Source: an uncultured delta proteobacterium (GTDB lineage: Bacteria; Desulfobacterota; Binatia; UBA9968). Taken from it: a DNA stretch of 64,000 nt. The translations under genes were made by a program, and so were the position numbers. The notes under the pieces were generated by a model. The model saw nothing but the letters and a program-made list of their open reading frames with translations, was not told where the DNA came from and ran no database searches. This document shows, piece by piece, positions 40,249 through 50,423 of the stretch. The stretch is from contig CAVUVW010000011.1 of NCBI GenBank assembly GCA_963745035.1, forward strand, positions 1-64,000, read 5' to 3'. The first letter of the stretch is position 1. Each line of letters begins with the position of its first letter.

Positions 40249-41353
40249 TTAAACTGTGCTCCATACCTTGCGCGCTGTCTCGATGACCAAGCCAAGTTTT
40301 TGCCACTGTTGGTCTTCCGTGAGCAGGTTGCCTTCCATGGTCGAAGCAAAGCCGCATTGGGGGCTGAGAGCGAGATTCTCGAGCGGCACGTACTTGCTCG
40401 CTTCGTCGATTCTTCTTGCGAGATGATCCGGCGATTCCATATCAGCCAGCTTGCTGCTCACGAGGCCCAGGACCACCGTCTTACCGCGCGGCACGAAGCG
40501 CAGAGGTTCGAAGGTGCCGGCGCGCTCGGACTCGTACTCGAGGAGAAAAGCATCGACGTTGAGGCGGCCGAATAATTTTTCCGCGATCGCGTCGTAGCCG
40601 CCTTCGGCGTACCACTGGCTGCGGTTGTTCCCGCGGCAAAGGTGAATAGCGAGAATCACGCCTGCCCGTTTCGCGCCTTCCAGACAAGCGTTGTCAACGT
40701 TAATCGCTTCGTCGAGCGCCTGGTCGGGATCGAGGCCCATTTCAGTTTTTCACGTAGCTGCGCCATTTCGGATCGATGTAATAGCTGTAGCGCGGCGCGT
40801 CGATTTGCACGTACTGTGCTCCTTCATCGACCAACGCCTGAATCTCCGCCTTGAAGATTGGCACGATATCCCACAAGAAATCGGAGTAGTTCGGATAGAC
40901 TTTGTCGCTGATGCCTTTCTTATAATAGATCGCTGGAAACTGATTGGCGGTGGGCAAGGTGACCTTGACGTCTCCGGGGCTGTGCTGCTTGATGAAAGCG
41001 AATTCATGGCCGGTGAGACGCCGCTTCTGTTTGATTTTGGCCACGATCGTGCCTGGCACCATTGAAGGGCGGGACGATGGGCCGGTGCCGGTTTGCCAAG
41101 TGCGCGCCACGGCCACGCCTTCGTCGATGCCTTCCACGGCGTCGTTGAAATCGCTCATGAAGTTGTTGCGGCGCAGCTCCCCGTCGGTAAAGATCTTGAA
41201 GCCGAGATCCTTCTGCCGCTCGATGACCCGCAGGATGTGTTTGTCTTCGAGCGCTCGTAGTTGCGCGGTGTCGGAAACTGTGTTGCGTGCTTGCAGCAGC
41301 TCAGCGGGTCGAAGCAGGCTGCCGATGTGGTCGGCGCGATATCTTGCTGGCAT
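40249..41353 (-). CDS. cobalamin-independent methionine synthase II family protein, frameshift in A-run near 40745
   Basis: RADHIGSLLRP, TDGELRR, VQIDAP, HLCRGN, LSPQCGFAS. Confidence 0.88.
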
Positions 41354-41369
41354 AGAACCTCCCAAGATT

Positions 41370-41580
41370 CGAGTGTTGGAGTGAGTATGGGAATTGAGGA
41401 TTTTCCGAGTTTCCTTTGGGGACGACTCACCGCAGAGGCACGGAGTTCGCAGAGTCGAAGTAATTTTTAATTAAGAACTCTTTACTCCGCGACCTCAGCG
41501 CCTCGGCGGTGCAATCTCCGCATCGTTCCGGAATTGAAGACCCATCACTCCAGTACTCCAATAATCCATTACTCCAATCT
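41370..41580. repeat. nested repeat: TGGAGT/ACTCCA arms enclosing a CACCGC MITE
   Basis: Same layout as 20094-20335. Confidence 0.75.
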
Positions 41581-42667
41581 TCATTCTCCCAACAGTTTCT
41601 TCAATCTGGCCACCACCTCGGGCGGCTGCGCAATTACTTCTTTAGCCAATGCGGAGAGCTGTTCACCACTGATGGGATCGACGGGCCAGCCGCGCTTCTT
41701 TGCATCGGCCAGGAGATCGGGATCTTTGAGCGTCTTATCCCAAGCGTCGCGAAGGATCTTGATTCGATCGGCGGGCATGTTCGGCGGCGCGGTCCACGGC
41801 CGCCCAAACTCATTGGACGCGGTGATCAACGTGACCAAGCGGCGATCGGCGTCGCTCGCCTTGTAGCGATCCAATAGCTCATGAAAAGTAGGCGTATCCG
41901 GCAACAAGTGATCCCGCTTGCGGCCGGTTTGCACGAGTGGGCGGGTGAATCCCTTTTTATACCAGGAGATGTGCGGCTCGCGGCCAAAAAACGCCGCGAT
42001 GGTGATCAGCCGGCACTGCAACTCGCCGCGTTCGAGCGCGACGTCGATGTCGCCGGCGCCTTGATAGCCGGCGATGATGGTGGATTTGGCGCCGAGCACG
42101 TCATCCAAGAGCTTGGGAATGTGATAGGTGATCGAAGCGGTACCCGTGGAGCCGCATTTTGGCGACTCGCCGCCCTTGCGCATATCGTCGATGGATTTAT
42201 ACGGACTGTCGCCGCGCATAATGAACAGCAGCTCGGTCGGTTCCGGCGTACCGATCCAATTGAACTTCGCCCAATCGAACTGGACTTCTTTGCGGCCGAT
42301 CAGTTGATCCATGTAGATGGCCGAATTGAGTGAGCCCAGAGTGAGGCCGTCCGGCTTGGCGACATTGTACACATAGTTGGCCGCAATCACCGAACCCGCC
42401 CCCGGCATGTTTTGCACCGTGACGCTCGGATTGCCGGGGATGTGTTTTCCCAAATAGGTTGCGATGTGCCGCGTCCAGAGATCGTAAAGATCGCCGGCTT
42501 GGCCGCCGCGGATGATTCTTACCGATTTCCCTTGGAAGAAATTGTCCTGGGCATGGGCGGGACTGCTCCACGCAGCATAGAGCAAAGCGCAGGGCGAGAA
42601 GCCTCATCCATTTTGGATTTTCGATTTTGGCTTTTAGATTGTCGGACCGAGAATTCGAAGATCGCAT
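41581..42667 (-). CDS. TctC/Bug family substrate-binding protein, frameshift in leader near 42590; start uncertain
   Basis: QNMPGAGS, KCGSTG, GYQG, RGELQC. Confidence 0.85.
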
Positions 42668-42731
42668 CCAGGTTCTCTCAAGCATGTTGTTTTACTGCTC
42701 ATCTGAAATCGGCAATCCAAAATCGAAAATG

Positions 42732-43718
42732 TCATTTGATGACTTTATCCGCTCTTTCCAGTCATCTTCTGCGGAATCGTCAGACCGATCTGCTTGGCGG
42801 TTTTGAGATTGACGAGAAACTCAAATTTCGTCGGCTGCTCCACAGGCATGTCGGCGGGCTTGGTGCCTTTCAAGATCTTGTCGACAAAGTCAGCGGCGCG
42901 CCGCCATAAGTCCGTATAGTCTCGGCGCGTAGCTCATCAAGCCGCCGGCCTCAACAAACTCACTCGTTGGGTACATCGCCGGCAACCGGTTCTTTGCCGC
43001 GAAGTCCAACACTTGGCGTTGCTGAGTAATGATAAGTCCACCTGATGCTCGTAATGAGCGCCTGGGCGCGTTCCCTTTTCGCTCGCGCAAATGCGCTCTC
43101 AAAATCGTCAAGGCTTCGCACCGGAAGCGATAGAAGTTTGACTCCCAACGCCTTGGCCGTAGCTTCCATCTCTGTGAGAGCCAGGTTTCCCCTCATGCCA
43201 CCCGATTGCCAGAGGAAGGCCACCCGGGCAACCTTGGGGAAGGCTTCCTTGAGCAGTTCCAACCGTTTGCCATCTAGATCCGGCGCCATGACGCTAAGTC
43301 CGGTGATATTCCCGCCTGGTCGTGCCAGGCTGGAGACAAGCCCAGTTCCTACTGGATCGGAATGGAGCGCGAATACGATGGGAATTGTCGGGCTCGCCTT
43401 CTGAGCAGCTAAAATAGCCTGGGGGACGGTGACGATCACGTCAACTTTGAGACCGACCAGTTCGGCTGCAAGGTCAGGCAGCCGTTCGAGTTTTCCTTCT
43501 GCATATCGGTACTCAATGACAATGTTTTTTCCTTCGACATAGCCAAGCTCGCGCAGCCGTTGGCGAAATGCTTCGACCCGGGCCGATTGAACGGACGCGG
43601 AGGACGCGAACAGAATTCCTATCCGGGGAATTCTCGCCGGCTGCTGCGCCTCGGCTGTCAACGCAACACAGAGCAGCATCGCTGCAACCAGGATGGGCAG
43701 CGCCACAGCGTTTTTCAT
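42732..43718 (-). CDS. ABC transporter substrate-binding protein (ABC_sub_bind type) with three indels; possible pseudogene
   Basis: LRELGYVEGKN, DPVGTGLVSSLARPGGNITG, GGLMSY, PTKFEF, RADKVIK. Confidence 0.8.
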
Positions 43719-43826
43719 CGCGCACCTCGTTTCGAGGGTTATCTATCACGGCGATCGAGCGAAAGAAAAGTGTGGTTTATAGCGGAAGGCGACGGATTTG
43801 GATTGCGGACAGCCGACTATTCTCAG

Positions 43827-44288
43827 CTAGGAGTTTGTTTGATTTCGGTCCTTGCGCTTCAACGCTTCGACGTCGGCTAAGTCTTGCGTCCTCGCCGATG
43901 CGAGTTTGTTCTTGATCAAGTGTTCTTTGGAGAGCACGGCCACCGGTTGATCGGCGAATTTCGAAATCATCCGCTCTGCCCAAGCTTCGTCGAACTGGAC
44001 GCCGTCGATCACGGTCAAGACATCGATGCGTATGGGTTCCACTCCGATCTGGAAGATGAGGCCGGGTGTCGAAAGGTCTTTCTCCGTAAGATCATGCAAC
44101 GGCGCGCCGAAGGCGCGTAGGGCTTCGATGACTCGTGTCGCGTTCTCAGGGGAAGGACGCACCCAAACGTCGAGGTCTTGGGTTGCGCGGACATGGCCGT
44201 GGGCGGCCAAGGCGTGCGCGCCGACCAAGAGAAATTCAACTTGTCGGCCGTTGAATTCTGCTAATAGATCTCTGAAGTCTTGGTTCAT
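43827..44288 (-). CDS. stand-alone nucleotidyltransferase-fold protein
   Basis: LVGAHALAAHG..RATQDLD..RIDVL..LIKNK..RTQDLADVE. Confidence 0.8.
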   Translation of the reverse strand: MNQDFRDLLAEFNGRQVEFLLVGAHALAAHGHVRATQDLDVWVRPSPENATRVIEALRAFGAPLHDLTEKDLSTPGLIFQIGVEPIRIDVLTVIDGVQFDEAWAERMISKFADQPVAVLSKEHLIKNKLASARTQDLADVEALKRKDRNQTNS

Positions 44289-44451
44289 GGGCTTGGTTCG
44301 GTTGCCAAGCGAGGCAGAGCAGGGTCAATTCCCAAACCGCGTTCATCCGCTCTTCGGGTGTAGCGTTGTCCCAATATTGCTGGTCGGGAACGGGGTCTCC
44401 GGGTCGGATAACGGAGCTAGTGATCTTCTTGCGTCCGGCTCGATGCTTCAT
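44236..44451 (-). CDS. small protein overlapping the nucleotidyltransferase (putative partner)
   Basis: YW..TPEER..AVWEL..PRLQR; 53-nt overlap. Confidence 0.6.
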   Translation of the reverse strand: MKHRAGRKKITSSVIRPGDPVPDQQYWDNATPEERMNAVWELTLLCLAWQPNQAHEPRLQRSISRIQRPTS

Positions 44452-44546
44452 ACAGTGACTTTATAGCACATTCCGGAGAACACCTCCGCTGATCGTTTTT
44501 ACTCCCGCTTCCTTCCGGGAACCAATCACGGAACACTGGCAATAAG

Positions 44547-45531
44547 TCATCGAATCACTTTATCCGCTCTTTCCATCACCTTCTGCGGAATCGTCAGACC
44601 GATCTGCTTAGCGGTTTTGAGATTGACGAGAAACTCAAATTTCGTCGGCTGCTCGACTGGAATGTCGGCTGGCTTGGTCCCTTTCAGGATCTTGTCGACA
44701 AAGTCAGCGGCGCGCCGGAATAAGTCCGTATTGTCTGGCCCGTAGCTCATCAAACCGCCGGCCTCAACAAACTCACTGTTTGGGTACATCGCCGGCAAGC
44801 GGTTCTTTACCGCGAAGTCCAACACTTGGCGTAGCTGAGTCACGATAAGTGCACCGGTGCTCGTAATGAGCGCCTGGGCGCCGTTCCCTTTTCGCTCGCG
44901 CGAATGCGCTCTCAAGATCGCCAAGGCTTCGCACCGGAAGCGATAGAAGTTTGATTCCCAACACCTTGGCCGCAGCCTCCATGTCTGTGAGTTCCAGGTT
45001 TCCCCTCATACCACCCGCTTGCCAGAGGAAGGCCACCCGGACAATTTTAGGGAAAGCTTCCTTGAGCAGTTCCAACCGTTTGCCATCTAGATCTGGCGCC
45101 ATCTGGCTAAGTCCGGTGATAGTCCCCCCTGGTTGCGCCAGGCTGGAAACGAGCCCACTTCCTACTGGATCGCTACTAGCGGCGAATACGATGGGAATCG
45201 TCGGGCTCGCCTTTTTAGCAGCTAAAACAGGCACGGCGCCGGTGGTGACGATGACGTCCACTTTGAGACGGACCAGTTCGGCTGCAAGGTCAGGCAGCCG
45301 TTCGCGTTTCCCTTCTGCATATCGGTACTCAATGACAATGTTTTTTCCTTCGACATAGCCATGCTCGCGCAGCCGTTGGCGAAATGCTTCGACCCGGGCC
45401 GAGTTGAGGGACGCGGAGCCCGAGATCAGAATTCCTATCCGGGGAATTCTCGCCGGCTGCTGAGCCTGAGCGAAAGGAGCAGTTATCAGCAAGACAGTTG
45501 TCAGTAACCAGAAAAGAGGTTTTGAACTCAT
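44547..45531 (-). CDS. ABC transporter substrate-binding protein (ABC_sub_bind type), frameshift near 44883
   Basis: Close paralogue of 42732-43718. Confidence 0.82.
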
Positions 45532-45585
45532 AGTATTCGCTTCTGTTTTATACTGACGACTGATTACTAATCACTGGCAAATTGT

Positions 45586-45620
45586 CACCGTATCACCTTA
45601 TCCGCCCGCATCAGCGCGTC
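45586..45620 (-). pseudogene. isolated 3' tip of a third ABC-SBP gene (DALMRADKVIR*)
   Basis: Minus strand GACGCGCTGATGCGGGCGGATAAGGTGATACGGTGA. Confidence 0.6.
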
Positions 45621-45657
45621 GCAAAGTTCAGAACAGAAAAGCATTGTGGCGCGCGCG

Positions 45658-45768
45658 CGTCATTCCCGTGCACGCGGGAATCGGGTGACGGACTGTGTCC
45701 GTCATACCGTTGAAGAACGGTATCCAGGTGGATAATGGGTCTGGATTCCCGTTTTCACGGGAATGACG
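45658..45768. repeat. gene-less sibling of the GIY-YIG unit
   Basis: Right arm identical (27/27) and left arm 24/25 to those at 36706-37070; third hairpin at 45700-45727. Confidence 0.85.
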
Positions 45769-45811
45769 GATATGCAACGCCGCTTCTTGATCAAGCTTGT
45801 GAGGCGGTACA

Positions 45812-46735
45812 CTAGCGAAATGTCTCCTTGATGTAGCGATATGCTGCGATGGCAGCGGTGGCGCCGTCGCCGGCGGAAGTGATCGCCTGCGCGGCCGAGT
45901 CTTGGCGGATGTCGCCGACGGCGTACAAGCCGCCGCGCGCGGTTTTCATCCAGCCGTCGGTCGGCACATGTCCGGTGTCGCCGAGGCTTAAAATATTTTT
46001 AAACAACGCAGTATTCGGCTTCAAGCCGACATAAACGAATAAGCCCGCCAGCTCGATTTCAGATGTTTCACTAGTACCAAGGTTGCGCACCTGCACCCCG
46101 CTGAGTTTATCATCGCCCAAGACCTCTTCGACGGCGGTTCGATAGTGCGGCGCGATCTTCGGCTCGTTCAATACTCTGTCGAGATACGAACGATGGCCGG
46201 TAAAACTTGCTTCGCGCTGAAAAACTAAAACCGACTGCGCGAAATTGGCAAGTGTCAGCGCTTCCTGGAGCGCGGAGTCGCCGCCGCCGACCACGCCGAC
46301 GACCTGGCCGTCGTAGAGCGGGCCATCGCAGCTTGCGCAGTGGCTTACGCCTCGACCCATCAGTTTCTCTTCGCCTGGCACGCCGAGTTCTTTGAGCGCC
46401 GAACCCGTGGCGACGATGACGGCTTTGGCCACATGGGATTTTTCGTCGGTTGCAACCGACCAGAAACAATCTTTGGCTTCCAGCTTGAGGACCTCGGCGC
46501 GTTCAAACTCGGCTCCCTGGTCCGCCGCCTGGCGCTGAACTGTCGGACAAAGGTCATAACCGGCGATGCCATCCGGAAAACCGGGGAAATCCTCGATCTT
46601 CTCGATGCTGATGAGATGCCCGCCGGGAATATTCGATTCCAGGATCAGGGTGGAAAGGCCATGCCGGGCGGAGAACAACCCGGCAGTTAGTCCGGCGAGG
46701 CCGGAGCCGACGACGATTACATCATACTCGGACAT
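45812..46735 (-). CDS. trxB: thioredoxin-disulfide reductase-like flavoprotein
   Basis: GSGLAG, IVATG, GVSHCASCDG, GGGDSA, YAVGD. Confidence 0.85.
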   Translation of the reverse strand: MSEYDVIVVGSGLAGLTAGLFSARHGLSTLILESNIPGGHLISIEKIEDFPGFPDGIAGYDLCPTVQRQAADQGAEFERAEVLKLEAKDCFWSVATDEKSHVAKAVIVATGSALKELGVPGEEKLMGRGVSHCASCDGPLYDGQVVGVVGGGDSALQEALTLANFAQSVLVFQREASFTGHRSYLDRVLNEPKIAPHYRTAVEEVLGDDKLSGVQVRNLGTSETSEIELAGLFVYVGLKPNTALFKNILSLGDTGHVPTDGWMKTARGGLYAVGDIRQDSAAQAITSAGDGATAAIAAYRYIKETFR

Positions 46736-46792
46736 ATTTAAATTCTTTGGTTCAAGCCGTTCAAAAAGTTCAAATCGTTGAAGCCCCCTCCT

Positions 46793-48097
46793 GTTCAAGC
46801 CGGGGATCATTTACGTTTTGAACCGGGCGCATGGTTTACAGTTTTTTAGAGTTAGTTCCGTGCCAGGTTTTGCGCTGGCATAATCTTTTTTGCATGTTGA
46901 TCGAGAATACCCAGCAGATGAAAACTATAACGGACTTCCCACTGCTCGGGTCCGACCTGCTTCAGTCCAACCGGCTCGTGTGCCAGGACTTCAGAGACAT
47001 AAAGGAGATCGCCGTGCCACTTGATCTCGCCGTTGTGTCGCACTCGTCTAACGGTCATGCCCGGACTGTATTGTACGGGCGGGAGTTTGTCGGGATAGCG
47101 CCGTGGGGAGCTAAGATAAACACTGCCCGGGGTCTTTCGTCCCAAGGCCTCATGGGAACGCTGGCCGTTATACTGCTTTACGAAAAGATCAAATTCTCGC
47201 TGTTGTCGTCTGTAGGTTGGCTGGGGCGCAACATCGTATTTAAGGGTTCGATGCATCCGTTCATGGCGCCCGTTCTGGCTTGGCTTACCCGGCTTGATCC
47301 GTTCAGGACGGATGCCAAGCTGGATCCACCACTTCGACAACTCGCTGACACCGCCCACACAGAGCGAGGCAAACGGTGCTCCGTTGTCGGTACGAATGGC
47401 CCGGGCAGTCCGTATTGTCGAAAGGCTCTTTCAAACCACGGCCGAACCACCCGATAGCTGTGCTGCCCCAAGGCTTGGCACATCAACAGATAACGAGAGA
47501 AATTGTCGGTCAACGTAAGCGGGTAACAGCGCTGACCATTCCCCAAGAGAAAGTCTCCCTTGAAGTCCGCACTCCAGATCTGATTCGGTCCATGGCAGTC
47601 GCTAAACGGTTCACTGTACGGTGCCACGTGGCGCCGACGCACACGGCGGTTGACCAGCCCTGCACGCTTGAGGATCGCACCGGCTGTAGAGTCCGCAGGC
47701 CAGGTCAACTTAGGTTTTTTCTCACCCAAATAATCCAAAACCTTTTTCGGACCCCAGCTCGGATGGCTAAGCTTGATGGCAATAATCATCTCGCGGATTT
47801 CCTCAGGGGTCTCATTGCGATGACGGTGCGCCGCGCGCGAGCGCTCCTCGAGCGCCTCAACTCCACCGTCTTGGTAGCGCTTAATCCATTTGTCAGCCGT
47901 GGGACGGCTAATTCCATAGGCTCTGCACAATTCAATCTTACTGTATTCTTTACTCAGCCAGTCAGCGATAAATTTAACTCGTTGATCCATGGCACTGGTC
48001 TGTTCCCAAGGCATTGGCAAGCTCCTCCTTGCCTCTGCCTCTTAAACTGTAAACCATGTGCCCGGTTTGTTTTGTAAATGATGCTACCGGTTTGTAC
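46793..48097 (-). mobile_element. IS481-family element, copy 3 (~1305 bp); transposase 46852-48020 with 1-nt deletion near 47404
   Basis: Both terminal repeats present; perfect CCTCCT duplication at 46787-46792 and 48098-48103. Confidence 0.92.
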
Positions 48098-48220
48098 CCT
48101 CCTTCATCCTCCCCCGCGTCGCGGGGGAGGACAAGAGAGCCTGCCCCGGACGTGATCCGGGGTGGGGGTTTGAACGGAGCGTAGCGGTTGAACGGCTTGA
48201 ACGTTTTGAACGAGCTATAA

Positions 48221-49882
48221 TTATCTCCACTCATCGACCGAAACGGTTTTCTGATAACTGCATCCCATGATGCGCCAGTAGCCATTGGTTTCGCCGCCGA
48301 CGACCACGACGTGAATCTCGTCGGGCTTGAACATCTTGACCATCTCGTCCGGTGCGGCTTTCAGCTTGGAGGCGTAGGGCTCTTCGCCGAAGGTCGCGCG
48401 CGGGTAGATGTAATTTTGAATCAACTGGTAGTCCCAGTATTCGCCGGCCGGCATCAATGCGTTTTCATAAATCCACTGGATAAGTTTTTCCTTGGTGTCG
48501 AAGCCGCCGCGGTCGATGTACTGGCGCGCCGCGATGGGATCGAGCAAAAACGTCGGCGCGCTGTGCGCGTCCATGCCGCGCAGCATGTTGCGCACGTGCT
48601 CGCGCCAGTACTTCTCGCGCACGCCGAGGGTAAACGCCGTCGAGCGGCAGCCGGTGAATATGCTCACCGTGCTGTCGGTCGGCTTGAATCCATGCTGCGT
48701 GTGGAACGGCGTCCACGGGCTGCGTTCTTCATTCTCGGCGAATGTGACCGTGCCGTAGGCATAGCCGTTGCCCTGGGAGCCCATATAGCTGTCGCCTGGG
48801 ATCGAGCCGCCCTGGAGATTTTGCGACAGTAAACCGTAGGCGCGCCCGATGGTCGCGTTGGCATGATTGTACGGCGCCATGGCGCCGGTGCCGGAGTTCA
48901 TGGCGATCTCGTTTCGGATCGGGCCGTTGACGACGACCATTGCCGCCATGGAGCTGGTCGTGCTGCCGCGCGCGCTCACGCCGCTGGCCGCGAGAGCGAG
49001 AATGACCGGAAAATATTCCGGGCGGGCGCCCGCCATCACCGCGTTGACCGCGACCTGCTCGACGGTAAATTCCCAGTGCTGGCGAAACTGGTTCGAGCGA
49101 ATATGTCCGGCGATTTCGCCCGGCTTGTGGCTCGTGTGCGAGAGCATTTCCGCTACGCGCTTCTCCGTGGGCAGCACGATCGGCAGTTTATCGGTCCAGT
49201 TATTGTCGAGGAACAACCGCTGCAGGTTCTCGTCCGTGTCGGCCTCGACGAACCGCGGCGTTGTGCGCTCGAATTTGGTTTCTCTGATCCGATCTCCCTC
49301 GGCCGGGCGGGTGAGACCTTCGATGACTTCCTGCATCACCGGCCGGCCGCTGATCGGACTTTTGCCGTCGACGTAGGCGCGCAGCTGCGCCGCGGTCTTG
49401 CCCATCACCGGCTGGGGAACGAACGTGTAGCGCGCTTCGGGCATGCCGTGCATGCGCGTCACCGACTGCACGGCCTTCTCGAAGACGTTGGTATGGATAG
49501 CAACGGTGGGAACACCGTATTTACTATCGAGAGCGATTGCATGCACGGCGACCGCCGGCGCGCAGGTGCTTCAATGGCCGACACCGATAATCGCGCCGTC
49601 GCCGTTGGCCTTGATCATCTCCCACGTTTTCGGATCGTCCTTGGTGTAGACGCTCGACATTTCGACGAGCTTGGTTTTGACCGAAGGCATGTGCTCGCCG
49701 AACCAGTCTTGCACCTGGCGCAGAAAAAGGCCGGAATCATCGAAGCGCGGATCGACCAAGTAGATGGTCTTGCCGTCGAGGCCGTCGAGCCGCGGCGCCA
49801 TCGGCTTCGGGGTCACTTTGGGCGCATATCCAACGGGATTGAGCGCGGAGATCTTGTCTAACCCATTGTTACTATCAGCCAT
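48221..49882 (-). CDS. UGSC-family thioredoxin-like (seleno)protein fusion, 553 aa, in-frame UGA read as Sec (GH-U-STC)
   Basis: The two track ORFs are in one frame, separated only by TGA at 49571-49573; UxxC motif; downstream hairpin. Confidence 0.8.
49542..49564 (-). promoter_or_regulatory. candidate bacterial SECIS hairpin
   Basis: TGCG-cgc-CGGC[GGTC]GCCG-TGCA, loop starts with G 17 nt after the UGA. Confidence 0.55.
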
Positions 49883-50057
49883 GTCGTGTCCTCCCCTGTA
49901 TTTGTGATCAATCGCGCGGCCGCTACAAAGAAAAGGTTTGTCGGCTGCGAGCTTTACGCTATGCGAAGTTCCGCACGTTCGTCAAGAAGACCGGCTGTTG
50001 GAAGATGAAACGGTCGGGATTGAGAGCGCCGTTGGAGGGCGGGGAATGAGAGAGCAC

Positions 50058-50348
50058 TCACCTGACTTGATGCAGATTAAAATGCCCGCCGTCGCTTTTT
50101 TGAGTTTGATAACGCGACGTCATTTCTCTCATGGCGTCGTGGGTCGGCGTGCCGCGGTGTTGGGTATGCGCTTCCACGCTGTCCCATTCGATCATCAAGA
50201 TCACCCGGCTGGGGTCTTCGATACTGGTAAAGAATTTGACGCCGTGAGCGCCGGCGTAGTCGGCTTTCTTCAGAAAATCGCCGAAAACCTGGATGTATTC
50301 ATCGCGTTTTTCCGGTGCCACATGCTGAATTAAGATTTCGTGGGTCAT
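50058..50348 (-). CDS. antibiotic biosynthesis monooxygenase (ABM) domain protein
   Basis: IEDPSRVILMIEWDSVEAH. Confidence 0.75.
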   Translation of the reverse strand: MTHEILIQHVAPEKRDEYIQVFGDFLKKADYAGAHGVKFFTSIEDPSRVILMIEWDSVEAHTQHRGTPTHDAMREMTSRYQTQKSDGGHFNLHQVR

Positions 50349-50423
50349 TGTTCCCCCTTCGCGTCATGGATTGTGAAATCGGGGTTGGTCGGCGCTAGTC
50401 AATAACGAGTGCGACTCTTTGCC

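Noticed and set aside
40740-40745. TGA in the metE-like gene as selenocysteine
   Set aside because: The downstream part is in another frame; an extra A in a homopolymer explains it
47376-47420. Programmed frameshift in IS copy 3
   Set aside because: Copies 1 and 2 are in frame here and there is no slippery motif
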